From contig JBNJGH010000034.1 in assembly GCA_051747585.1 (NCBI GenBank), forward strand, positions 1 through 31,107: 31,107 bases of DNA, read 5' to 3'. The notes under the pieces are model-generated. The model did not search any database, was not told the DNA's origin, and saw nothing but the letters and a program-made list of their open reading frames with translations. The stretch comes from Candidatus Rifleibacteriota bacterium. Its GTDB lineage: Bacteria > Muiribacteriota > Ozemobacteria > Ozemobacterales > Ozemobacteraceae. This document shows, piece by piece, positions 8,259 through 16,998 of the stretch. Each line of letters begins with the position of its first letter. The first letter of the stretch is position 1. The translations under genes were made by a program, and so were the position numbers.

Positions 8259-9460
8259 AGTTTTTATCTTACGGGCATCAACAAATAACTCAGGATGATA
8301 TTGATGCGGTAACAAAAACTCTGAAGTCTGATTATCTTACCCAGGGCTCGGCAGTTGCAGATTTTGAGCAGGGTTTCTCCAGCTTAACCGGTGCTGCTCA
8401 TGCAGTTGCTTGTAGCAGCGGCACCGCAGCTCTTCACCTGGCTATGCTTGCTGCCGGCGTGAAAGAGAATGACAGGGTTATTGTTCCGGCGGTTACTTTT
8501 GCTGCAAGCGCGAACTGTGCTCGATTTAACAAGGCAGAAGTATTGTTTGCCGATATTGATCCCCAAAATTTCACTATGTGCCCGAAGAGTTGCGAAAAAT
8601 TGTTGCAGAGGTCGCTGGAGCAGAACAGGCCGGTAAAAGCAATTGTGACAGTAGATCTGGCAGGCCACCCCTGCGATATGGAAGCTTTTTCCAAATTAAA
8701 AGAAAAGTATAATTTGATCTGGATAGAAGACGCCTGCCATTCATTGGGGGGCGAATGGACCGATAAAAAAGGCACAACTTATAAAATTGGTCAATCTGTA
8801 TTGCCTGATTTCTCTGTTTTCAGCTTTCACCCGGTAAAACATGTAACTACAGGCGAAGGAGGCATGGTAACTACCACATCTTCTATTATGGCCGAAAGTT
8901 TAAGATTGTTTCGCTCTCATGGCATCAGCAAAAAAAGTGATGACTTTATTAATCATAAACTTGCTTATGATGAAAAGGGCCGTTTAAATCCCTGGTATTA
9001 TGAAATGCAGAAACTTGGTTATAATTATCGCATTACCGATATCCAGGCTGCTCTGGGTAGTTCACAGTTAAAGCGTCTGCCGAAATTTATCGCAAGAAGA
9101 ACCCAGATTGCCGATTTTTATCGCCGGCAATTCAACGATAACAAATTTATTGAATTTCCAGCTGTCGCCTCCGGTGTCAGGCATGCCTGGCATCTTGTCG
9201 TTATGCTGCTGGATTTTGCCGGGCTGGGCAAAACTCGAGCCGAGGTTATGAATAAACTCAAGGCCAGAGGTATAGGAACTCAGGTGCATTATATTCCTGT
9301 TCCTTTATTTCCCTATTATGCCTCTATAACAAGAGAGTGCGAAATTGAAAATGCACTTGCTTATTACCAGAAGGCTCTGACGGTGCCATGTTATCCGGAT
9401 TTAACCGATGACGATCTTAAAAGAGTATGCGATTCAATTAAGGAAGTTATTAATGAATAA
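8255..9460 (+). CDS. pseC: UDP-4-amino-4,6-dideoxy-N-acetyl-beta-L-altrosamine transaminase (DegT/DnrJ family)
   Basis: LSYGHQQI..DDI, LTQG, SGTAALHLA, EDACHSLG, PLP-lysine motif FSFHPVKHVTTGEGG, WYYEMQ.LGYNYRITDIQAALG and QVHYIP. ATGA overlap with pseB. Confidence 0.93.
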   Translation: MKFLSYGHQQITQDDIDAVTKTLKSDYLTQGSAVADFEQGFSSLTGAAHAVACSSGTAALHLAMLAAGVKENDRVIVPAVTFAASANCARFNKAEVLFADIDPQNFTMCPKSCEKLLQRSLEQNRPVKAIVTVDLAGHPCDMEAFSKLKEKYNLIWIEDACHSLGGEWTDKKGTTYKIGQSVLPDFSVFSFHPVKHVTTGEGGMVTTTSSIMAESLRLFRSHGISKKSDDFINHKLAYDEKGRLNPWYYEMQKLGYNYRITDIQAALGSSQLKRLPKFIARRTQIADFYRRQFNDNKFIEFPAVASGVRHAWHLVVMLLDFAGLGKTRAEVMNKLKARGIGTQVHYIPVPLFPYYASITRECEIENALAYYQKALTVPCYPDLTDDDLKRVCDSIKEVINE

Positions 9461-10232
9461 GGTTAAAAATCAGGTGATTATCCAGGCTAGAATGGGTTCC
9501 ACCCGCCTTCCCGGCAAAGTTTTGCTCAAGCTGAACTCCAGGCCGGTTCTGGAATATGTCGTAAGAAGAGCCCAGGCTGCTGCATCTGTTGGACGAGTTG
9601 TGGTGGCCACCACTGATCAGCCTGAAGATGATCGTATCGAGCAATTTTGTCTTGATAATAAAATAAGTCTGGTTAGAGGCGATAGCGACAACGTATTAAG
9701 CAGATATTTGAAGGCGGCAGAGCTTTTTCCCTGTGAAAATATAGTGAGAATTACGGCTGATTGCCCGTTGACCGATCCTGGTATTATCGATGGAATGTTG
9801 GCTGTTCACCATGCTGTGAATGCAGATTATACGGCAAATGTTATCCAGCCAACTTTTCCTGTTGGCTTCGATGCCGAAATAGTTAAAACCGAAGTTTTAA
9901 AAAGGGTCGGCAAGCTGGCTGAGCTTAAATCTCATTTAGAGCATGTTACCCTCTATATTCGCGAAAATCTTTCTGAATTTGTTACCTGCAATTATGAACT
10001 TGGCAAAAGATTTCCCGAATATCGATTAACTCTTGATAGACAGCAGGATTACGATGCTTTAAAGGCTTTGTTCGAATTCATTCCTGATAATGATTTTCTT
10101 TTTTCTTTTTATGAGGTTCTTGAAATTTTACAGCAGCACCCGGAGATCGAAAAAATTAATTCGGGCATAGACCGTTATGAAGGTGCAAAAAAATCCGCAA
10201 GGGGCGAAAATCGTAAGCTGGCATGGGAATAG
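9453..10232 (+). CDS. spsF: SpsF-type acylneuraminate cytidylyltransferase family protein
   Basis: IIQARMGSTRLPGKVL, RGDSDNVLSRY, VRITADCP, EHVT and RLTLD...DY. I chose the ATG at 9453 (after AAGGAAG, overlapping the pseC stop) rather than 9408. Confidence 0.88.
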   Translation: MNKVKNQVIIQARMGSTRLPGKVLLKLNSRPVLEYVVRRAQAAASVGRVVVATTDQPEDDRIEQFCLDNKISLVRGDSDNVLSRYLKAAELFPCENIVRITADCPLTDPGIIDGMLAVHHAVNADYTANVIQPTFPVGFDAEIVKTEVLKRVGKLAELKSHLEHVTLYIRENLSEFVTCNYELGKRFPEYRLTLDRQQDYDALKALFEFIPDNDFLFSFYEVLEILQQHPEIEKINSGIDRYEGAKKSARGENRKLAWE

Positions 10233-11509
10233 CATTTAACAAGCGTGGTTTATTGCCTGCGCCTGTTGCAGTATTCAGGGTCGATGCCGGTGCAGGCATC
10301 GGTATGGGGCATTTTATGCGTTGTCGCACCCTGGCATTTGAAATGCTCAAACGCGGCTGGGTAGTTTGTTTCATAGGCTCTGGTCTGCCCGAAGAGCTGA
10401 TGGGTTTCAAGACCGTTAATTCCATAATCAGCCTTATTGAATTCACGCCTCTTCAAGATACAATGCAGGAAAACAAAAAATTTCTTGAGATGATTAGAAC
10501 CATATTCGGGCGTGACTTGCGTTTTATAGTTTTTGATTCGTATCGTTTTAATCGTGATGATTATGCTTTGTTACAGATGTTTGGCAATAGAGTGCCTGTC
10601 GCTGTTATAAACGACCTGGGAGAGCAGGATACACCTGCTCAGGTTGTAATTAACCCCAACCCACTTTTTTCACCAGAGCCTTATCAGCGTCAGAAAATTC
10701 CCTGTATTCTGTGCGGAGAAAAATTTACTCTCATAAGGCCGGAAATCGCAAACCTGCGGCAGCGGATCTATAATCCTGAAGGTCCGTTGTTAATAAGTCT
10801 TGGTGGTGGCGATGTTACGGAACCTTTGCTGAAGCTGCTCAATGTTTTACCCGAACATCTTGAAAGACCGGTAACTGTTTCTGTTTCAGGTAAGTGCCCA
10901 TTGGACGCATTGTTGGAATGGCAGGCAGAAAAGCCCGAGAAACGTAATATTAACACCAGTGTCAAAAAATTCCCTCAGTTGCTTGCAGATGCTTCAGTTG
11001 CCATTACCGGCGGCGGAACAACTTTATGGGAGGTTTATTGTCTTGGGATTCCCAGCCTGTGCGTGGTCTGGGTTGATAATCAGAAGAACGCTTCGGCGAT
11101 TATCAAAGATCAGGCTACAAGTTTTCTCGTCGATACAATCGCTCATATAAATATGGATATGCAATCAGAAATGCTCGATAAGGGGGTAAAAAAGCTGGTC
11201 GAAACTTTTGGCCCTCCCGGCCGCACCAGGCTTATACACGAAAAAGGGTATACAACTTCGGAGGTCGTGAATTCAAAAAAAACCAGCCTTGCAGTTGAAG
11301 ATGTAGAAGAGAGAAAGTTCAAATTTATAAGACGCTCATTGCTTCGTCTTACTTCAGATTGCGATTTTCCCCGGCTCATGGTACAAAACCAACGTGAGTT
11401 AATTGACGGTCGTGGAGCAGAACGAATCGTAGATGCTCTCGAAAAGACGGGTTGGACGCCAGTTCCATTATTTGATGCAGATTACAGGAGAGCGTATGAA
11501 GATTGGTAA
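10223..11509 (+). CDS. pseG: UDP-2,4-diacetamido-2,4,6-trideoxy-beta-L-altropyranose hydrolase-like (PseG/SpsG family)
   Basis: FRVDAGAGIGMGHFMRC, FDSY, ISLGGGD, AITGGGTTLWE, DNQ and IDGRGAERIV. It carries an extra segment of about 55-60 aa near the C-terminus. Confidence 0.85.
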   Translation: MGIAFNKRGLLPAPVAVFRVDAGAGIGMGHFMRCRTLAFEMLKRGWVVCFIGSGLPEELMGFKTVNSIISLIEFTPLQDTMQENKKFLEMIRTIFGRDLRFIVFDSYRFNRDDYALLQMFGNRVPVAVINDLGEQDTPAQVVINPNPLFSPEPYQRQKIPCILCGEKFTLIRPEIANLRQRIYNPEGPLLISLGGGDVTEPLLKLLNVLPEHLERPVTVSVSGKCPLDALLEWQAEKPEKRNINTSVKKFPQLLADASVAITGGGTTLWEVYCLGIPSLCVVWVDNQKNASAIIKDQATSFLVDTIAHINMDMQSEMLDKGVKKLVETFGPPGRTRLIHEKGYTTSEVVNSKKTSLAVEDVEERKFKFIRRSLLRLTSDCDFPRLMVQNQRELIDGRGAERIVDALEKTGWTPVPLFDADYRRAYEDW

Positions 11510-12539
11510 AAAACAGATCGGAAAAAATCATTCATGCTATGTAATAGCAGAGGCGGGAAGCAATCATAACGGAGATTTTGACGCTGCATTAAAGCTTATA
11601 GATGTAGCAGTAGAATCCGGTGCTGATGCGGTTAAGTTTCAAATCTTTTCTGCAGATACTATTTATTCTAAAAAAACGCCTATGGCCAGTTATTTAAAGA
11701 AAAAGAAACTGGCCAAAGATGATGAAACTCTTTACGACCTTATTAAAAAGCTGGAAATTCCCAGGCAATGGTTGCCCGATCTTATGAAATACTGCCGGCA
11801 AAAGAAGATAACCTTTCTTTCTACCCCCTTCGATCTGGCGGCGGTAGATGAGTTGGAAGAACTCGGGATTGATGCCTACAAGGTTGCGAGTTTTGAAATA
11901 ACTCATCTGCCAATGCTTAAAAAAATATCTCAGACAGGCAAACCCATAATTTTATCAACGGGCATGGCAAATCTTGAAGATATTGAAGTCGCCCTCGACA
12001 CAATTCGAAAGGCTGGTTCTTCTGAAGTTGCTTTGTTGCATTGCGCTATTGCCTACCCTCCGGAATTCAAAAATATCAATCTGCGGGCAATGGATACAAT
12101 GGAAATGGCTTTTCAGTGCCCGGTAGGCTTTTCTGATCACACAATGGGGCATGTTACCGATGTTGCTGCGGTTGCGCGCGGTGCCTGTATAATTGAGAAA
12201 CATTATACGCTTTCTCGAGAACAGGTTGGGCCAGACCACCCATTCTCTCTTGAGCCCGATGAATTAAAAGAAATGGTTACAGCTATAAGGCAAACTGAAG
12301 AGCTTTTGGGAAGCTCGATTAAACGGCCAAGCGAAGCAGAAAAAGAAATGCATCGTATAGGTCGGCGTAGCCTGGTTGCCGCTTGTGACATAAAAGCCGG
12401 TACTGCGATTACTGAAGAAATGATAGCTGTTAAAAGACCGGGATTTGGAATTCCCACAAGATTCATGCAGTTGGTGGTCGGAAGAAAAGCTGCAGTAGAT
12501 ATTGAAGAAGATGATATTTTAACCTGGGATATGGTGTAG
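11496..12539 (+). CDS. pseI: Nonulosonic acid synthase, NeuB/PseI/SpsE family, with C-terminal SAF domain
   Basis: IAEAGSNHNGD, GADAVKFQ, STPFD, LSTGMA, GFSDHT, IEKHYTL..GPDH and RRSLVA...KRPGFGI. Start is the ATG at 11496 after AGGAG. The symbol is assigned from pathway context; the motifs are NeuB/SpsE-like. Confidence 0.88.
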   Translation: MKIGKKQIGKNHSCYVIAEAGSNHNGDFDAALKLIDVAVESGADAVKFQIFSADTIYSKKTPMASYLKKKKLAKDDETLYDLIKKLEIPRQWLPDLMKYCRQKKITFLSTPFDLAAVDELEELGIDAYKVASFEITHLPMLKKISQTGKPIILSTGMANLEDIEVALDTIRKAGSSEVALLHCAIAYPPEFKNINLRAMDTMEMAFQCPVGFSDHTMGHVTDVAAVARGACIIEKHYTLSREQVGPDHPFSLEPDELKEMVTAIRQTEELLGSSIKRPSEAEKEMHRIGRRSLVAACDIKAGTAITEEMIAVKRPGFGIPTRFMQLVVGRKAAVDIEEDDILTWDMV

Positions 12540-12548
12540 GAGACCGAT

Positions 12549-13157
12549 ATGAACAAAGCGATTCAGACCCGTTTCTGGGAAGGTGAATTTGGAGATACTT
12601 ATACAGATCGAAACAAAATTGAAGCAGGAGATCGATCTGAATTTTTTTCGAACATTTTGTATTTAACCGGTACTGTCTCATCGGTTCTTGAGCTCGGTGC
12701 CAACAGAGGGCATAATCTTGATATATTACATCATTTGAAGCCTGATCTGGAACTTACCGGAGTAGAAGTGAACAAAAAAGCATGTAATGAAATGGCGGCC
12801 CATGGAAGAATAAAGCCGGTTTGTTGCAGTATTCAGGAATTTAAACCTGCAAAACAATATGATCTGGTTTTTACCTGTGGTGTTTTAATTCATTTGCCGC
12901 CCGACGATTTGCCTGAGGTCTATAAAAAGATGCTGAAGCTTTCGAGAAAATATATTTTAATAAATGAATACTTTAATCCGACACCGGTTGAGGTCCCTTA
13001 TCGTGGCCATAGTGGAAGACTCTTTAAGCGAGACTGGGGTTCGGAACTGATAGACGCAGCCGAGGGAAATATTTCGCTGGTAGATTATGGTTTCTTATGG
13101 AAAAAAGTCGAGCCGGCATGGGATAACGCTACCTGGTGGTTGTTCGAAAAAAAATAG
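12549..13157 (+). CDS. Pseudaminic acid biosynthesis-associated SAM-dependent methyltransferase
   Basis: FWEGEFGDTYTDRN, VLELGANRGHNL, YDLVFTCGVLIH, EYFNPTPVEVPYRGH..LFKRD, DYGF and WWLFEK; SD AGGAG. Confidence 0.9.
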   Translation: MNKAIQTRFWEGEFGDTYTDRNKIEAGDRSEFFSNILYLTGTVSSVLELGANRGHNLDILHHLKPDLELTGVEVNKKACNEMAAHGRIKPVCCSIQEFKPAKQYDLVFTCGVLIHLPPDDLPEVYKKMLKLSRKYILINEYFNPTPVEVPYRGHSGRLFKRDWGSELIDAAEGNISLVDYGFLWKKVEPAWDNATWWLFEKK

Positions 13158-13222
13158 TTTTATTGCGCCAGGTTGTCGATAGTAAATAAAACAGCATTTT
13201 CATAAAGGACAGGCAAACCAAA

Positions 13223-15148
13223 ATGAAATCTTCAGTCTATTCAAGAAATATGAAGGTTCTGCGCAAGCGCATGTCGGTGCTGGCGCGTGCATTAGAGGCA
13301 AGCAGGGCTTCTGATTGCGAATATATAGTTGATCGGGCAAAAAACAGCTCGAAAACTCTTGCAATCAAAAAAGCAGATAAAACCTATCAGATTCACAGTA
13401 AATATAATCCACAGAGAGAGGCCAGTCAGCAGGTTAAAAATATGGGACTCAAGAATCCTAAATTGCTGGTGATATTGGGACTTGGGCTTGGATACCATAT
13501 TCGTGCTTGTTTAGAAGAACTAAAAGATACCAATCTTTTTATGGTTGTAATAGAAAAAGATTTACAGGCTTTGCAAACTGCTGTCGAAAATGTTGATTTA
13601 ACCGATCTGTTTGCTTCTGATAAAATTCGGTGGGTAATTGGTGTGCCCGAAAACCAGGGATATGCAGTTTTAAATGATATGATCAAGCAGTCGGGTATAG
13701 GGTTCCAACTTTTTCTTAAAACTTTGCAGATTTTTGATCATCCGGCTATTAACAAAGTACATGGGGCATATCATCGCCACATGATTAAATGCTTTCGTGA
13801 AGCAGCTCATGCCATAATTTTTAATTATGGCAATTGCCCGGCCGACTCAATGATTGGTGTCGAAAATATCATGAAAAATCTGGCAACTATCATGAAAAAC
13901 CCGGGCGTCAAAGATTTATATGAATCATTCAAGGGGGTTCCGGGAATCATTGTGGCTACCGGCCCTTCTCTCGATAAAAACATAGAATATATTAAACCCG
14001 CATTGGACAAAAGTCTGGTAATTAGTGCGGATTCGGCGCTCAAGGTCCTGCTTCGACATGAAATCACTCCCCATGCTGCGGTAAGTCTTGAGCGTATTCT
14101 CAATGTTGCTCGAATGTTTCATGAATTGCCCGAAGACTATAAAAAGAAAATCTGGCTTGCCGCTACACCGGTAATTAGAAAAGAGGCTTACGAAGCCTGG
14201 CCTGGTCCGACCTTCATGGTTTATCGAGCTTTTGCCCATTTTGAATGGCTCAATATGCCCAAAGGTACTCTGAATGTCGGCCCATCCTGTTCCAATATGG
14301 CATTTAAAATACTTGAAGCTCTCGGCTGTGATCCGATTATTTTGGTTGGGCAGGATTGCGCCTTTGAGAGCGCGGAAAAAACTCATGCCGATAACGCTCC
14401 CAGTGTTACCAATCTCAATCTTAAAGAAAGAGATTTGATTAAGGTAAAGGGAAATTACCAGGATTGGGTTTATACCAATAATATTTATGACTTGTTCCGC
14501 AAATCTTTTGTTACGGATATTGCTCATTATAAAGGAACCTGTATTAATGCAACCGAGGGCGGTGCCTGGATAGAAGGTACTAAATTGATGCCTCTCAAAG
14601 AAGCGGTGGCTAAGTATTGCACTAAGCCTGTAGACACTTTGGAACGTATAAAAAATGATCTTCATTATCCTACCGAGAGAGAAATAAAATCTGAATTTAA
14701 GCGATTTAGAAACACAATGTTAGAGACCCGCAAAGAAGTAGAAGGGGTAATCGATTATTGCGACAGAGGCGCAAAATTAATTGCTGACTTTGAAGAACGA
14801 CTCGAAAATGAGGGATATGCAAAAATCGATGATTTTCTTGAAAGATTTCCCGATGACGACCTGGACGAAGTTCATGGCGAGATGACTCGTGCCCGAAGCA
14901 AAATCATTACTTTTGGCAAATATTTTAATCTTTATTTGATGCACATTGTCCAAATGATTATCGTTAAGTTCGAAATGGATTTTAATGAGCTTCCTTCGCT
15001 GTGTGAGGATAAAAAACGGTGCAAGTTGCAGGCAATAAAACTTATGAAGAAATGGTTTCCCACCATCGGCGATGTTTGTCGTCTGTCGTTGAATTTGCTT
15101 GTAGATGCCATCAACGACCTCGAAAAAGAATTCGGCGATATGCCCTGA
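13223..15148 (+). CDS. Motility-associated factor (Maf, DUF115) glycosyltransferase family protein
   Basis: IHSKYNP.REA, LGLGLGYH, IIVATGPSLDKNI, SADSAL, LGCDPIILVGQDCAF and INATEGGA.IEG; 641 aa. Confidence 0.9.
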   Translation: MKSSVYSRNMKVLRKRMSVLARALEASRASDCEYIVDRAKNSSKTLAIKKADKTYQIHSKYNPQREASQQVKNMGLKNPKLLVILGLGLGYHIRACLEELKDTNLFMVVIEKDLQALQTAVENVDLTDLFASDKIRWVIGVPENQGYAVLNDMIKQSGIGFQLFLKTLQIFDHPAINKVHGAYHRHMIKCFREAAHAIIFNYGNCPADSMIGVENIMKNLATIMKNPGVKDLYESFKGVPGIIVATGPSLDKNIEYIKPALDKSLVISADSALKVLLRHEITPHAAVSLERILNVARMFHELPEDYKKKIWLAATPVIRKEAYEAWPGPTFMVYRAFAHFEWLNMPKGTLNVGPSCSNMAFKILEALGCDPIILVGQDCAFESAEKTHADNAPSVTNLNLKERDLIKVKGNYQDWVYTNNIYDLFRKSFVTDIAHYKGTCINATEGGAWIEGTKLMPLKEAVAKYCTKPVDTLERIKNDLHYPTEREIKSEFKRFRNTMLETRKEVEGVIDYCDRGAKLIADFEERLENEGYAKIDDFLERFPDDDLDEVHGEMTRARSKIITFGKYFNLYLMHIVQMIIVKFEMDFNELPSLCEDKKRCKLQAIKLMKKWFPTIGDVCRLSLNLLVDAINDLEKEFGDMP

Positions 15149-15164
15149 CATCTGTTTCTTTGGG

Positions 15165-15209
15165 TTGATAAACATAGATCCGGATAGTAGAATATTTTGT
15201 AATATTCTA
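15165..15209 (+). promoter_or_regulatory. Sigma70-like promoter overlapped by a 9-4-9 palindromic operator
   Basis: TTGATA (15165-15170)-17bp-TAGAAT (15188-15193). The perfect inverted repeat TAGAATATT-ttgt-AATATTCTA (15188-15209) covers the -10 and the predicted +1. Confidence 0.6.
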
Positions 15210-15248
15210 TGAAAGGGGTAGCCACATAGTTTGTGATTGGCATCTTTT

Positions 15249-16994
15249 ATGTTCAATAAACTTGGATTTTTGCTGTTTGCCGCATTAATATCTACGGTTG
15301 GCTATCTGGCTGGTTTCAGTCAAATGTTTCCCCTTGCGGTCTTTTTTATCTTGTTGTTGCTGCGCCGCTTTGACTATCTTTTAGAAAAAATGCTTTCCGG
15401 GCCTGAATGGTTCGCCGGTTTACCATCTTTTGTTAAGCTGACTTTAAATAAACTAAGTCGAAATAAAAATAAAACAAATCGTTCAGAAAAGATTCTCAGG
15501 GCAACTTTTTATGGCTTGTCTTCCCTGATTTTGATCCATCTTCTGCTTTTGTTAATCAGTTTTCTTACCGGCAACAGAATCGAAGATGATTTTAATCTTT
15601 CTTCGGTAACCATTTTTGCAATAATTTATTCACTTATATTCCTTGGAGCCAGATATGAAAACCGAACTCTTCAATTCAAGAAAGAATTAACTCAAGAAGA
15701 CAATATTTATCAGGGCTGGTTGCGTGCTTCGGTTTTTATTACAGTTTGTTCGATAATACTGGTTTTCATCAATTATTTTATCAATTATTACGAAGCCTTT
15801 CATCTCGATATTGCATTTTATTTTTATGACCTTTGTTTCTTTATTTTATTAATTGTTTTGTTGCTTATGTGCGTTGATTTCATGCTTTTTTTGGCCAAAA
15901 AAATTATAAAAAACTATGTTGCCGGCCAACAACAGCTTAAAATTGACGATAATTTTTATTTGCTTCAGGCCTTTTTTGGTTGTTCTGGATTTAAGGCCAG
16001 TTTAAAGACATTTTTTCAAAATCTTCTCGGTATTGATTTCGAGAATTCTGAGATTATCAGGTTTTTTTCATCGATATTCGAACCAGTGCTTATTTTTTCT
16101 CTTCTATTAGTCTGGCTTGCGACTTCGATTGTTATTGTTCCACCCACAAAGACCGGGTTATTCTTTTCGTTTGGTGAAATTCTTTCAAAAAAGGGCAGTT
16201 CACCTGGAATTTATTTAAAATTGCCCTGGCCTTTCGGCTCATGTCAACTTCATGACAAAAACCGTGTAAGACTAATGAATATAGGGTTCGAGCCCGTAGA
16301 AAATACCAATCACATTGTCTGGGCAAGATCTCACGCTAGAAAGAATTTTAACCTTGTTATCGGTGATGGTCTTGAAATGATTTCGATAGACTGCCAGATT
16401 ATGTATCGCCTCAAAAACGTTAGGAGCTACCAATTGAGTTTTAGTAATGCTGAGGAGTTGCTTTCTGCTCTTGCTTACAAATATTTAACCAGAGCTTCTG
16501 TTGGTGAAAGTTTTGATTCTATTATAATGCGTGACAGACAAAAGATGGCTGAAAGTCTGCAGAAAAATATTCAAAAAGATCTCGATACAAAAAATACGGG
16601 TATTGAAATTCTCGATATGGTATTTCTTGCCATGCATCCGCCATTAGAAGTTGCTTCCGCATACGAAGACGTTATAAGCGCGCAGATTGTGAAATCTACC
16701 TTAAGGCTTATGGCAGAAACCGAGGCAATACATAAAACCTATATGAATAAAGCTTTTTCCCGTGATGAGGTGTTTGCGGCAGAGAGCGAAGCTCTAACAA
16801 AAATCGCCGAATCTACCGGGCAGGCACAGGCATTTGTAAGCAATGCGCTGGGTTTTAATTATTCCCCTGAAATTGCCAGATTCAGACTTAAGCTTGAATC
16901 ATTGGAAAAGTTGCTCAAGGGTAAAAAACTATATCTGCTTGATAAAACTTTATTGAGAAAATCAGATAAATTAATGCTTAGATTGACAAGGTAA
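15249..16994 (+). CDS. Polytopic membrane protein fused to a C-terminal HflK-like SPFH domain
   Basis: About 290 aa with many hydrophobic helices, then VIVPP..GL.F.FG...PGIYLKLPWPFG, LVIGDG.EMISID.QIMYR and HPPLEVASAYEDVISAQ. The start is ATG 15249 or TTG 15237. Confidence 0.82.
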   Translation: MFNKLGFLLFAALISTVGYLAGFSQMFPLAVFFILLLLRRFDYLLEKMLSGPEWFAGLPSFVKLTLNKLSRNKNKTNRSEKILRATFYGLSSLILIHLLLLLISFLTGNRIEDDFNLSSVTIFAIIYSLIFLGARYENRTLQFKKELTQEDNIYQGWLRASVFITVCSIILVFINYFINYYEAFHLDIAFYFYDLCFFILLIVLLLMCVDFMLFLAKKIIKNYVAGQQQLKIDDNFYLLQAFFGCSGFKASLKTFFQNLLGIDFENSEIIRFFSSIFEPVLIFSLLLVWLATSIVIVPPTKTGLFFSFGEILSKKGSSPGIYLKLPWPFGSCQLHDKNRVRLMNIGFEPVENTNHIVWARSHARKNFNLVIGDGLEMISIDCQIMYRLKNVRSYQLSFSNAEELLSALAYKYLTRASVGESFDSIIMRDRQKMAESLQKNIQKDLDTKNTGIEILDMVFLAMHPPLEVASAYEDVISAQIVKSTLRLMAETEAIHKTYMNKAFSRDEVFAAESEALTKIAESTGQAQAFVSNALGFNYSPEIARFRLKLESLEKLLKGKKLYLLDKTLLRKSDKLMLRLTR

Positions 16995-16998
16995 AAAT

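Noticed and set aside
9408..9452. Longer ORF-track starts for spsF (9408), the synthase (11433) and hutI (22735)
   Set aside because: Downstream ATGs at 9453, 11496 and 22753 have SD sequences and match the family N-termini.
13153..13182. GTCGATAG resembling a sigma28 -10 upstream of maf
   Set aside because: There is no TAAA -35 at the required spacing.
13925..14665. 246-aa minus-strand ORF
   Set aside because: It is antisense to the conserved core of maf and has no motifs.
15212..15248. AAAGGGGTAGCC...TGGCATCTTTT, reminiscent of a yybP-ykoY Mn riboswitch ahead of a P-type ATPase operon
   Set aside because: It lacks the GGGGAGUA spacing and the second arm of the four-way junction, and it is too short. 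At most it is a simple hairpin near the start codon.
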